In this document: positions 1 through 12,403 of the stretch, piece by piece
How the letters are laid out: the number at the start of each line of letters is the position of its first letter
How positions within the stretch are numbered: position 1 is the stretch's first letter
NCBI RefSeq assembly: GCF_964355755.1
Contig: NC_092675.1
Coordinates: 19,440,912 to 19,504,911, forward strand
Length of the DNA stretch: 64,000 bases
Direction: 5' to 3'
DNA from: Antedon mediterranea
Taxonomy: Eukaryota > Animalia > Echinodermata
Notes under the pieces: model-generated
What the model was told of the DNA's origin: nothing
Databases searched by the model: none
Seen by the model: only the letters and a program-made list of their open reading frames with translations
Translations under genes and position numbers: made by a program

Positions 1-449
1 GGAAATATATACCTCCATTATTACATTGTCATTGATAAATTAACTCCTGTTCTGTGGGTGAAATATCACTATTGGTGAAGTATAATGTTAAAAGTAATGC
101 TAGGCTAGATAGCCGATCAGATCATAAAGCCTGTTGGGGGTGTGATCTACACAGTGCTTTCAATGTATTGTTTCGGCTATTCGGGGCTACGTGAACAGGT
201 TAAACACATCTTAGCTTATTAGTCGGGCTTTTGGTGATCCAATGGGAGCGTACAACTATACCATCATTGGACATTTTCTTCAGTTATTTGGAATAATGGA
301 ATGCAAGTATAAAATGGGTGATTTTATATGATAAACTATATATATATTTACGTGAATGTAGAGATAGTAAAGATCCAACTGTATCTGGACGATTGTGTTT
401 GTGTTCGCACTGAGAAAAATATATTTAAACACAATAGGCATAGAAATTA

Positions 450-570
450 ATTGTAAACCGCCGCCCGGTGATATACTGAAATTTAATTAATTAATGAGGA
501 AATTTGTGAGAATGAGAAAATTCGCCCAACAGAGATTCGAACCCGGACCTTCTGCTTGATATACAACTAG
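450..570 (-). mobile_element. tRNA-derived SINE-like repeat fragment
   Basis: Minus strand has the B-box-like GGGTTCGAATC (plus gattcgaaccc, ~534-544). The adjacent body (aaaccg..gtgatatactgaaa..gatgaggaaat..gtgagaatgagaaaa) recurs at ~8660-8750. Confidence 0.45.
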
Positions 571-686
571 AATCATCCATTCAAAATACCATTTGACTGA
601 AACATACATTTATTCAATGAGATATTTTGTTTAGGTCTACGCATAGTTGTGACAATGAAGTTCACTATAATTCTCTGGTCGGTAAC

Positions 687-1029
687 GGGACGATTCGGCC
701 CTGAGACGATTCGGCCCTGAGACGATTCGGCCCTGAGACGATTCTGCCCTGAGACGATTCTGCCCTAAGACGATTCTGCCCTAAGACGATTCTGCCCTAA
801 GACGATTCTGTCCTAAGACGATTCTGTCCTAAGACGATTCTGCCCTAAGACGATTCTGCCCTAAGACGATTCTGCCCTAAGACGATTCTGCCCTAAGACG
901 ATTCTGCCCTAAGACGATTCGGCCCTAAGACGATTCGGCCCTAAGACGATTCGGCCCGGGACGTTTCGGCCCGGGACGTTTCGGCCCGGGACGATTCGTC
1001 CCTGAGACGATTCGTCCCTGAGACGATTC
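687..1029. repeat. Minisatellite of 16-bp units (gacgattc[g/t]gccct[a/g]a) with a few 15-bp variants, ~21 copies
   Basis: Directly visible tandem array starting after ggtaacgg. It explains the repetitive ORF 909..1094. Confidence 0.95.
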
Positions 1030-2751
1030 AGCACACTTAAATTTATCGGCTTTGATATGCATTTTATAAGCATAAAATAAGCTTTTTCCCCCAAACTTTA
1101 TTTTCAGAGAGACGATAGGGTAGTACTACTAGGAATAAAGATGCAATAAAGCAAACATTTTGAAAACATTGTCGAAAATGATCTACTCAAGGCAATCAAA
1201 CAACTGGTCTCCTTTACGCGAAAATTATTAGCCTTGTTCATCCCCCATAGAGCGCCCTCTCTTTCGTCACACATTTCGGTTGTCTTGCGCTTGTCATCCG
1301 TTCGATGTATTATTCCCTTTTTTCGCAAGTTTTCCTCCTGAAACAGTTGTTTTTTCAAGGGACAGATCTTCTTCTTCTAATTATTTTTATATTTTAGTTC
1401 ATTTAGGCGTAGTTTTGAAGTTTTTGTAAATATGCATTATAAATACTGTGACATACTGTTACAAAATAAAGACACTGTGTGTTAAACAAGACTAAAATAA
1501 TCGGTGAAACATGAGTCAAATGTAAACTAATCGGTCGATATTTAACAATTTATTAATACAAATACATGAAAAATGTCTATATTATATAGATGTACAGAAA
1601 TGTATATATGTGTATTAACGTCCTTAAATCAACTTAACTGTCGGTCTAATAAAAATTATAAGTGAAGTGCTCAGAAACTCATCGAAATACTTAAATAAAA
1701 AGTACAGAGGACGTGCTATTGTTGAGCCCATATAGAAGCTACAGATATAGCTCAAGATTTGTGTGACGTCACCAATATATTGATTTTACTGAAAATCATG
1801 GTATGTTGGTAGCATAATATAGCTGTTCCAGACGATTGCTTAACACTTGTAGACTTTATCATGCAAATTTTGCAAGTAATTGTTGTTATAATATATAATG
1901 ATAACATATATTTATTTTACTGGCCATTTTCATAAGGGGAAAACCACCCACCGTAGCCTGTAGGATATACCCGCTCTCCCCCACCCCCCCTCCTAAACAC
2001 TGCACACACAATTAATATTATCTTAAGTCTACCCTTGCATCCTCAACATACAGTATGTTGAAATCGTCATATTAGAAACTAAATAGCTTAATATTATCAT
2101 GGTGGAATCATGATACTGTATTACCAAGCATGTTTATTTATTGCTTAGAATCAAGCCTGAATAATCATACGTAATTGTATTATTCTGGGAAATGGTGCTT
2201 ATTGTCCAATTATTTCCCGAACGCCTTCGTGTTATGACGTAACGTTCAGGAGTTAATTCGTTTGGTTATCTCTCATAACACGATTATAACAGAAGTTAAT
2301 CTTCCCTTGATTGTATTATGTGCGTTAAATCCAACAAATAATGAATTATTTTACTAACTCTACTCTACTATCAAAGCAATATTGCCTTGATACAGTACAT
2401 ATATTTTCAAAGGATAAGATAAATATGGTCAGAGACGGCGGTCAATGCAAAATTGTCAAAGTAGGTGGCAGGCGAGTGATCTTCTGAGAGACGGTCACTT
2501 CCGCCGATAAACAGATATAGATACTAAATACGAATAATATGTCACTAATTCAATTGGTAATAAATTAAAATCACATTAAAATTCATTATTATTTTCCATA
2601 ATTTATAGCATTGCGAGGTAATAATATACATATTCAACTGTATTTTTGAGATGCAATGATTTATTTTCAGGAAAATAACAGTTTATTACACTATACACGT
2701 TTTTACACTAGTTCAATGTTTATTATTATCTGTACTCTGCTTATTATTACG

Positions 2752-3339
2752 TCATAACGCATAGCAGGTTTTATCGGAAATTTCGTTTAACTTTAACGTT
2801 TCGTTGTATTTGCTTGCAAGGACATTATGTTCCGTACTGGATACTGAATTCGCAATGATTATACCAGATGATGACTTTCTTCGTTTATGACCAGTTCTAG
2901 CACTTCGAAAATGACTGAATTCACTAATTTCACCCACGCTACTTCGGCGTCGGTTGAGGTAGGCCTCTGGATGCATCAAGTCCGGCTTCGTAGATTCAGT
3001 TGAACCACTTGGCTTCCCGTACCACCCAAGTGCATAGTGACTGGACGTTGACGATGTAGTTCGATCTGATCCCCCCGCCTTGAGCAAATTCTGCAAACTA
3101 ACTTTGGATTCGTAAAGAGAAAGAAGTTCTCGAGAACCTGATTGATTTCTTTTATGTTTCCATTTTTGGTGAAGTAAGTTGCCTGATGGGCTAAGATGAT
3201 CTCTAGAAGAGTAAGCCATAGACTCGCATGAGTTTGCAAGCTCGCTACAATATTCTTGAACCCATTTTATCTCCTCTATACCGTCATGTATGTACATAAA
3301 CTGTTGCATAAGTTTGCCATCTGACTCTTTTATTTCCGC
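2752..3339 (-). CDS. LURAP1/FAM89-like leucine-rich adaptor protein, last coding exon
   Basis: Acceptor ttgcag|GCG at 3340/3339, phase 0, stop at 2752. It begins AEIKESDGKLMQQFMYIHDGIEEIKWVQE, resembling the LURAP helix (..D.KL.QQL..I.EGIE..KW), followed by a Ser-rich tail. Confidence 0.75.
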   Translation of the reverse strand, partial: AEIKESDGKLMQQFMYIHDGIEEIKWVQEYCSELANSCESMAYSSRDHLSPSGNLLHQKWKHKRNQSGSRELLSLYESKVSLQNLLKAGGSDRTTSSTSSHYALGWYGKPSGSTESTKPDLMHPEAYLNRRRSSVGEISEFSHFRSARTGHKRRKSSSGIIIANSVSSTEHNVLASKYNETLKLNEISDKTCYAL

Positions 3340-6113
3340 CTGCAACAAAGTAAAGGAACAAGTCAACATATAGGCTTAAGCAACAAATACATATACATAT
3401 ACATAAAGTAACTAGACATTGTCTCTGTCCCTAATATGTATAAACGCGATGGCATAATTTCTGAATTAAAAAAAAAGACGTATGAACTTATCGGGACTAA
3501 CAGATAAACACCAAAGGTCTATCGAAATGTGAATACTCCCCTAAAAAGTGCATTCACGTGTTGTCTGGTTGGCACGCGATTTGTTACACTTGATTTGGCC
3601 CAGTCGCTCGTTCAACTGCGACTAATAACCACCATTCCGTTTCATAAATCACCGTGAGGAATCGAATATTTCTTTTTTTTTTATTGCATAATTAATTTAA
3701 GACTGTATAAAATAAGAGCTTTGAGAGTGGCATTTGTCTGAGTGGAGTACACAAATTATCAACAATGGTTTTCAAACTCAAAGGCTTTTTAGTCAGTGAA
3801 TCCAATAAATAGCACTATGCATAGGCCTATCTGTAACAAATCATCAAATCAAAGCGATGTTTTTTAATGTCTTTAATAGTAGTGTACATGAGGTTTTTGT
3901 ATAAAATCCCCGTATAAATAAATGTTACTGGCGTGGATTTGGATAATAAGTCTAGAACTTTCCAATTATTAAGGATGTAGTGTAGAACAGTACAAGGGGT
4001 CAGGTTGTTACAATGGAACTAGCTTCTACAACTGTGATAGACAATATTTATGTTCAGGGGTGAACAAGTGTTATCTTAAAGCGATACTTGGTGAGTCGCT
4101 GATTCATAGTCCTGGTATTCTGATCATAAAGGTTAATAGCTCAAACTGTATTCATTGACGGGTAAAACACGTTTTACAATACAGTACAATTACACTTACA
4201 TTTACTAGTTCCACACAGTGATTGTCTGTTTGTTTCATTTTTTAACTTCTGCGTTATGAAAGGGATAACATAATTTTTGATAGTGTATTAATATAGAGTC
4301 ACACCAGAATTGAAACGGCATAATACTTTCGAAGCGAAGGAAATTATTATTGGACATAAAAAGTGTTTTCTATAATACCTGTAGGACGAAGATTAGATTG
4401 TTTTTTTTTTAAACCAAAGAGCCCTCGAATTCTTCTAAATGCATCCTCCAACCTGTTATGTTGATGGACATACATATAATAGCGATTGTCACTACTTTCT
4501 ATATTCATTGTTTTGACATGACATGTTTATTGAATGTTTAAACAGAAATGACACTTAAGCATACTAATTGATATTTTAAACCAATGTCTATTCTACAATA
4601 ATTAGTATCATGTTCTATTGGTTAGTATCAGTTAGAATTCTATAGTCAATTTTATACTTTTGTATTTGTGTTTACAATTAAGTAGAACACAATTTGTTAT
4701 AGCATGAATTTGTATTAGCATACATGGTGATCCATACATTTTATAAACGGTGTTTATTTTTCTGAAATTAATAAGACAACAAACATACTTGGGCATACGT
4801 GTTTTTCTTTTTGTAGCGATGATCCATGCAAAATGTATATATACGAAATTGTTTTGTTTACAATAGGCCGAATAATAAGTTTAGCGTGAAACTTGTTAAT
4901 GTTATTTAAAAGTACTGTAATGACCTTTTCGATGATATGCAATAGTTATCGTTTACCCAACGTCAAATTAGAAATGTTCGGATTTAACGTCATAACCTAA
5001 AAATAACATCCGCAATAGTATGAAATCAATTGAAACAAAACGTTTGGTAATGTTTAAGGAGAGTAATTAAGTATACTCCCTTTCTCTGGTAATGAATATG
5101 CGATATATCAAACATATAATTTCCAACGGGGAATTCCCTAAACTTATGTCATACTTAAACGTTGTACTAATGATTTGTATTTCTTTAAATACAATGTACA
5201 GACAAAATGTAAACAACAGGCGAATCATGTAAATGTGTGTGGCCAGACTAAATAGATCAAAGTCCTCGATCATAATATAGTGATTATTCAAAGAATATAA
5301 CCATTTGTTTGCGAGTATAATCAATCGTAAATGTTAACGTTCATTTTATGACTAAATGTACAGGATGGTATATACCATTAGTACCAGTCATTAGGCGGTA
5401 GGAGGTAATGTCCATAAATATTCAGAGAATTGCAATAGGCCTACTATACTATACGGTATTACAAGAAAATAATGTAACTTGGTGGTACAATGTGTTGTAC
5501 GTGCTCATTCATGTTTGCATATAGTTTTCACTTATAACATATAACATGACAGATATGGTTGATGGATGTGACAAATTTGAAGTACTGTATTTGATAGGCC
5601 TATATATTTGAACTATTGTTAACAAAAAAAAACACTTAATACTATAGGCATACAGTATATTTAAATTCTAAACACAAAACTATGATCGGTCTTATGTTTA
5701 TGCATGCGCGAATTATCTTTGACGTTTTGATCTATTTGATAATTTTCAAAACGAATCGAAACGTCAAATACTCAATAAATGATCTTCCTCCTTATTTATT
5801 TGGAGTTACGTTTATCTGAAATTATTCAAGTGGATCTTATGGTATGTGACTATTACGTCACATACCATTTTTTCACTCGATTCTGCAGCTGTCAGTAGAT
5901 AGATTCTGATTGACTATCGCAAGTCATCTAGATACTGTACAGCCAAACTCGTATCTCGGATGATTTGCGATCTGTCAGTTAGACTTTATTTACTGACAGA
6001 TGCAGGATCGGGTCTTTTACTACTAACATGTTACTTTTACCACGGCGATGGGCCACTATTTGTAATATTAACTGTTTTAGTATGATACCTAATTAGAATA
6101 TATTTCCACTTAC

Positions 6114-6524
6114 TATCATATGTTTTATCTTCTTTAGTTTGTTGTTAATTTCTTGTATTCGGCCATTCTCTTTTTGTACTGTAGCACATTCATCTATCGA
6201 TTGAACGTTGTCATTCTTGTCAAAATGCAGTTGCTTAGCATCACGACCAACAAACTCATCAGACTCGTCGTTTAGGCCTATGCCAAGAATAATACCCGAA
6301 TCTTTGCTTCCTTCTTTGCTGAAATTCGTTTGAGATCGTTCCTTATCCGCCATTTCTTCCTCTTCTTGAAAGTTCCTGGGGCCACAGACAGCGGCTGGTA
6401 AAAGACTTGGCGGAATCGGTCCAATCTTCATCTCCACTTCTCGTATAAGATCAGCAATGTAACTTTCATCGTTGGACGATTGAGAGACGTAAATCGGCGG
6501 TACACCATCTTCTTCCATCGTCAT
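6114..6524 (-). CDS. LURAP1/FAM89-like leucine-rich adaptor protein, first coding exon (exon probably 6114-6560)
   Basis: Acceptor ttttcag| at 6561, Met at 6524 or 6518, donor ATA|GTAAGT at 6114/6113. It joins in phase 0 to the 3339 exon to give ..INNKLKKIKHMI/AEIKESD.. and contains a KDSG motif. About 332 aa in total. A candidate upstream donor GTAAGT lies at 8843. Confidence 0.75.
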
Positions 6525-7469
6525 TTCTAATATCGGTTGCCTTCGTCTAGGTTTTGTTATCTGAAAAGAACAAACAAGAAACATTGATGACGTCTAGGCT
6601 TATAAAGGCCTCAACCACTACATGAGTGACAAGATGTATAGTTTGCAATGTACGCTCAGAAATTGAACTTGTTAAAAACTGACGTAGAAAAAAAATACAA
6701 TAAAGTGATTTTAATGTTCACACCATAAATATATTTCACCTCATGTGCCATCATTTACTCTTAAAATTGGTTCCTATTTTGGCGTCACGCAGCGACCAAT
6801 CACAAGCGACGATCCATCGCGTCGTGATTGATCAAGTTGCGTTGAGTCTAGTTGTAACCAACACGAATGGAGATACAATCGCATGCACTTCGGTATCATT
6901 ATGATATACCAGATTTCTATATCGCTTTGATCTTACATAATTCCTGATCATTGTTGTACAAATTGTTGGTGTAACATGATACTATACCACGACATATCCA
7001 GTCTAACCGCATCAACTAATTTTCCAGCTAAGCGAAATATCATAATAGTTAAGTTATGCTAATCGATATAAAATAATACTTCAAAATGTTTACAATAGGC
7101 ATGGAAGTGTTAAATGCAAGGTGATTTACCCCTATGCCAACGTCATCATCAATGCTTCGAGGTGTTAATACCAGATTGAGTTGAGCTCTTTTAAGGTGTG
7201 AGGTTAACAAGCACGCTATTTAGCGCTTCGATGACTGCAATTAAATTTCTATTAAACGCTACTGATCCAAGTTACACGATGCTGAGTTAATTAACTTGCA
7301 AAACAAGAGATACAGCTGCCAGTATACGATAGCCCATGGAAAAATAATACTCATTATTTATGGAAACGTATTTTATATCTCTAGGCACATGTGACCAAGG
7401 ATTATAAATAGTAAATCAATCACTGACCTAGGTACTGCAGGTGGTAATCCCCCTGATACAGGAGGATAT

Positions 7470-7670
7470 TTTGTGCCGATTCACCAGGGTAATCCCTACT
7501 CGTCTCAAATTATTAACTGGGTAAACTGTGTACACTGAATCTACGGTTTTAATTGTTATCCAAGAGGACTTGTTCTACCAGGAACGAGTCGGCCTCGAAC
7601 CCATGCCAATATTGTTGGCTCTTTAGGTACGGTAAACAGTGCCCCTGCCTTAACCGACCATTCGACTTAA
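7470..7670 (-). mobile_element. SINE copy with tRNA-like head and Deu/Nin-like central domain
   Basis: Minus strand reads gggttcgaggccgactcg..ggtagaacaagtcctc..aaaccgtagattcag..tgagacgagtaggga..ccctggtg. It aligns by eye with 27200-27400 (+). Confidence 0.5.
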
Positions 7671-9595
7671 TAAAATGAACCATTCAGTTGTTTACAATAT
7701 TAATGTCATAACCAGTGTTACATTTATCCCAATGATAATGATACAACTATGTCGGTAGGCCTATGCACAGTAAACGCCGTTTTATACTTAATCATTTCAC
7801 TGTATTTAACATACTTCAGTTTGGTATATGGTAAATTGGTTCCACAATAAAGAGTGAAATGTGCTCAATCAATAATCAAAAAGAGTAAATGTGTAAAACC
7901 TAAAAGATAACGATAAACAACAAGCATGCTAAATTGACCACTATTAAGCCGTCGAAAAAAATGTTTAAAATTGTAAAATTTAGAACAGTTCATTGAAATT
8001 GAGAAAGCAAACCGAAACCTGTATTAATATCACGCTTCTTGGAACGCTAATAGTTACTGGTTGTTAATGTACCATAGATCGTATGATTACGATTATTATA
8101 TGTATACTTCTTTTATTTATACCGTTTTTATAATACAAACAGGCTGTGGTTTATTATAGGAATTTGTAATAAACACAACCAAATATTTACTGTTTTTATA
8201 CAATGTGGTTATTTGCATGATTATAGGCCCACGTGCAACAAAACTGCTTTTAAGCTAACCATTTCCATTGTTACATTTAACATGCTTGCTTACTGTATTA
8301 ATTGGTAACTACAACACATTCGGTAGTATGTATGGCATACAATACTAACCAACACATTCCCTAATGTGGTTAAGAATTTCACATTTACGAGTTTCTGGTA
8401 ATCCTAATAATTGGAATCACATGACACTCACTCGCACACACAATATTACAATTAAAACCTTAAACACAGGCATTTTACCGAATATTTGTAAAACCAAATA
8501 CCACAAACACACATATAGGCCTACAATTTAACATTAAATAAACTAAACTAAACTAATGACACGTTTTTGGAAAGCAATGTGAAATTAACGGCAATTAATA
8601 TATATATATATATATATATATAATTATATTATACCGTACACACAACAGGCAAAGAACATAAATTATAAACCGTCCAGTGATATACTGAAAATGTATTAAT
8701 TAATTTGAAACGATAAGATGAGGAAATCTGTGAGAATGAGAAAAAGTCGTATATATATATATATACATATACTGTTTCGTTTATGTTCCTAACATTAATT
8801 AATAACAGTCGTAATTCAAATGTGAATAATTTTGAGTACTTACATATTCAGATTTACAGTAAGACTGAAAGTTTATGACGAGAAATACTGTGTAAAATAA
8901 AATCAGTTGAAAAAAGTGCGTTTTTCGCACACAGATTATGTTCCAAAATTCACCACTGTTATACGTACCGTAATTCTAGGCCAACTGAAAGTATCCCTTT
9001 TACTGAAAATAGTTGAGATCTGCACTTTTAATCGCTTGATTGGTCCGTCAACAGAAAAAAGATACTCGGTAAAAAGACACAATGGAGTAGATGAGCCGAA
9101 ACAACATAAACACAGAATCAGAGTGTTGTTTCTTTAATCCTGTATCATTGTAACAGGAGCATAGTTGATGAATACCCCCTCTTGTTCGTGTTTGTTTCTT
9201 TTGCAATAGCAATGCCTTCGATTTGATAATCACCGTCCAGTTAACTGCTTCAACTCAATAGTAAATTGTCTCCCGTTAACAATTTCTATAACTCCCATGT
9301 ATTTAGTAATATTCTATCAATTAGGCCTTTTAAGCGGAATGGAACCTCTTGCGTTGTTATAAAAAGAAGTCTACCTTTTACGAACTGAAGTCAGCGTGTA
9401 AAATAATATCGGTTTCTAATAGTTTTGTACCTGATTTAACTAATTCCCCTTGACTACCGTAATTTCCTTTTGAAACCACATGATATCAACAAATCATCCA
9501 TGATAATAGGAAGTGATAACTATTTATAAAGATACCAACAGCCTTTATCTAGAATTGTATCCGTTATTGACTAATTACTACTACTCATCATTCTT

Positions 9596-9894
9596 AAGAT
9601 TGGTTCCCATGTGGACACAACGCAATGACGCGACGTTAAAGCGCGGCACAACGCAAGTGACTTTAAGCTTAATTCCCACTAGAGACGCAACGCAAAGACG
9701 TAGACGCAACGCAAGCGAGTTGACAAATGAAAAACGACACTTCATCACTTGTGATTGGTCAAATCACGTTCCGTCTCTAGTGGAAACTACGCTTTACCAA
9801 TCGCAGGCGATAGTTTGGACAACTCCGTCCACCATCGCGTCGTGATTGGTCAAATTACACATCCTTGCTTTGCTTGGAAATGTGAACCAATCTT
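9596..9894. mobile_element. Nested PIF/Harbinger-like MITEs (inner copy 9666-9793 flanked by TTA)
   Basis: Outer TIR aagattggttcccat / atgtgaaccaatctt. Inner TIR agcttaattcccactagagacg / cgtctctagtggaaactacgct with TTA on both sides. Related copies at ~6765-6862, ~10141-10284 and ~58970-59163. Confidence 0.75.
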
Positions 9895-11559
9895 TTCTGT
9901 ATCGATCATTTAATTTTAAAAGATTTATATTTCATAATATAATTTGTTTGACTGATGACCAATGCTATTACAAAATGAATGTGAACGTTATCTTTCTCTA
10001 TTTCTTATTTTATTATAATTTGTTTAACTCTCTCCCTCTTTACTATACATTCGAATGTAGTACAGTATAAGTTTATCTTAGAAATACGCCCCCTGTTGAA
10101 TCATTTTGTCACGTGGGCTTGATAAGTTCCGCAGTAATTATGCTTGATTCCCACTTGGATGCAACACAAGTAATTTAACCAATCACAGGCGATTTGTTAT
10201 TATAACTTTCGCTTGTCATTGGTCAACTTTCTTGCGTTGCGCTTACGTCATTTAATGAGTTGTGTCCTATTGGGGACCAAACTTTATGTAATGTCGCGCT
10301 TATATGCGTTCGTACAAGGATTATCTTATTTGAAAATTAGTTTATTCATGCAGGTTGTATTTCTCACTAATTTAGCCTAAGTAATAATGTTTACTTTTAT
10401 CTTCATTGTTTTTCATTGTATGAATGGTTATGAAACTATATCACTTGCGGTACTTGACCAGAGGAAACTTTACCGTTCTGCTTGACAATGGCAACATGAT
10501 TGAGACCGGTGTTTTAAGGATGTATGTGGCGCTGTATTAATTCTTTTAACTTCCAATCGAAAGGTTAAAAGGTTATGCTAAGTTCAAAAAGTACTAAATT
10601 GTTTTAATCAGAATTATTGTTATATAGAATGTATAGGGTATATTATTGACAAATATTATTCCTTATAACGTCGCAAAAACGTTATTAATACGAAATTTTT
10701 TCTTATGCGATCGAAAATTGTAATGAAAACTTTGAATTAAATTGTTATTGCCCATTCATTTAAATACATTTCTGTCGTTACAATACAGACTAGCTTCCGA
10801 TACACTGCGTAAACGATAACGGTAATTTTTCAAATGTGGTGAGTACGCAGTGAATGTTTGTTTTCTTACACTATTTTGTTTATAAAATATTCGAAAAGAA
10901 GAGGAAGTTATTTGAAATTGCTGAATAACTTTCTGTTTCTGGGACCAATTACCGAGCTCTGAGGAAGTACAACACGTCTAATCAATATTTAGAATGTTGA
11001 CGTAATACATCGATGAAAATAGGATGTTTACATGGCTTGGACGAATTTTTGTTAGAGCAATACAAATCAGAGGTTGAACATGACAGTTTTCTCCACCCAG
11101 TCTCAACCCATTAAACTTTGTTTTAATGTATGTCTAACCAGAGCAACTATATAAAAATGTCTAATAAGTGTTAACTTGTTGAAAACTCCGAATCAGGATT
11201 AGTTCACACGTCACCCCAGCATGTCTACCGTAAAGTGATGAGTTGCAGGAATAGGCTGTTTTCATGGAGATTCATACTAAAACGGCTAATTCCGATTAAA
11301 ATATTTCATTACTTAAGCTCAGCCTACTATTTCTCTACATATAATTATAAGCATTACGTTCAAGTCAATATCATGGGTCCGTTTCTGGGTCTGTTTTATT
11401 TTATTTGTATTTATTTATTTAACAACTTGTTTATACAGGATTACACAGGTAAAAGAACACCATTGTGTGACGTGGTCAATTATTATAACTGTTTTTGTGC
11501 ATGCAGTATTATGGAATTATTATATTTTCATGCATTGTATCAACTACCCAATTACAACA

Positions 11560-11810
11560 TCCCTTGGCAACTACCCATGTAAAGCCTTAAGGACAACCCC
11601 CTAACAAATACCACTCATGAAACTACCTCGGACAACTACACCCCACCCCCTAGAAGCATTACCTCGTAGGACAACTTATTCACGGAGAAATACTGTATCT
11701 AGAGGTTTATAATATATACTGTAGGGGGTAGTTGTCGACAGGGTAAAATTGTGTTAAGATAGATAAGTAGATTTCCGGGTGTTAGGGGGAGCAGTTGTCA
11801 TAGGGCAATG
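11560..11810. repeat. Decayed foldback/MITE-like element
   Basis: Several ggacaact/gcaact motifs on the left face agttgtc motifs on the right. The left side is C-rich and the right side G-rich. Confidence 0.45.
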
Positions 11811-11947
11811 TTAGTTATTTACATAAAATGCACAGCAGCAATAGCGACTATTCTACAGAAGTACGAACTTTGTGGACACTAATTATATTGCATAACAATC
11901 AAATTTAACAGTTTTTGTTTCGACGAACGAATCGCAATTACCATATT

Positions 11948-12403
11948 GACCCTGACGTCAAATTGGCATAAAGCCACCCCACCCCCGCCCTCACCAGTAA
12001 ACGTCTCCTAAATAGAGGTGTCCCACAAATGTGCATCTAACTGTGACCCTGACGTCTTATTGCCATAAAACCCACCGCCCCAACCAGTAAACGTCCCCTA
12101 AATAGAGGTGTCCCAAAAATGTACATCTTACTGTGACCCTGACGTCTTATTGCCATAAAACCCACCGCCCCAACCAGTAAACATCTCCTAAATAGAGGTG
12201 TCCCAAAAATGTGCATCTAACTGTGACCCTGACGTCTTATTGCCATAAAACCCACCGCCCCAACCAGTAAACATCTCCTAAATAGAGGTGTCCAAAAAAA
12301 TGTGCATCTAACTGTGACCCTGACGTCTTATTGCCATAAAACCCACCGCCCCAACCAGTAAACGTCCCCTAAATAGAGGTGTCCCAAAAATGTACATCTT
12401 ACT
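11948..12403. repeat. Tandem repeat, 90-bp unit, ~5 copies
   Basis: tgaccctgacgtc starts at 11948, 12044, 12134, 12224 and 12315. Confidence 0.95.

Noticed and set aside
450-570. tRNA gene (also considered at ~26830)
   Set aside because: Only a B-box-like motif is present and I could not fold a cloverleaf; better explained as SINE remnants.
687-1029. CRISPR-like array (also considered for 11948-12403 and 44960-46330)
   Set aside because: Units are head-to-tail with no unique spacers, there are no cas genes, and the context is eukaryotic.
1104-1358. 84-aa ORF as an exon or transposase fragment
   Set aside because: No recognisable motif and no convincing splice partner.
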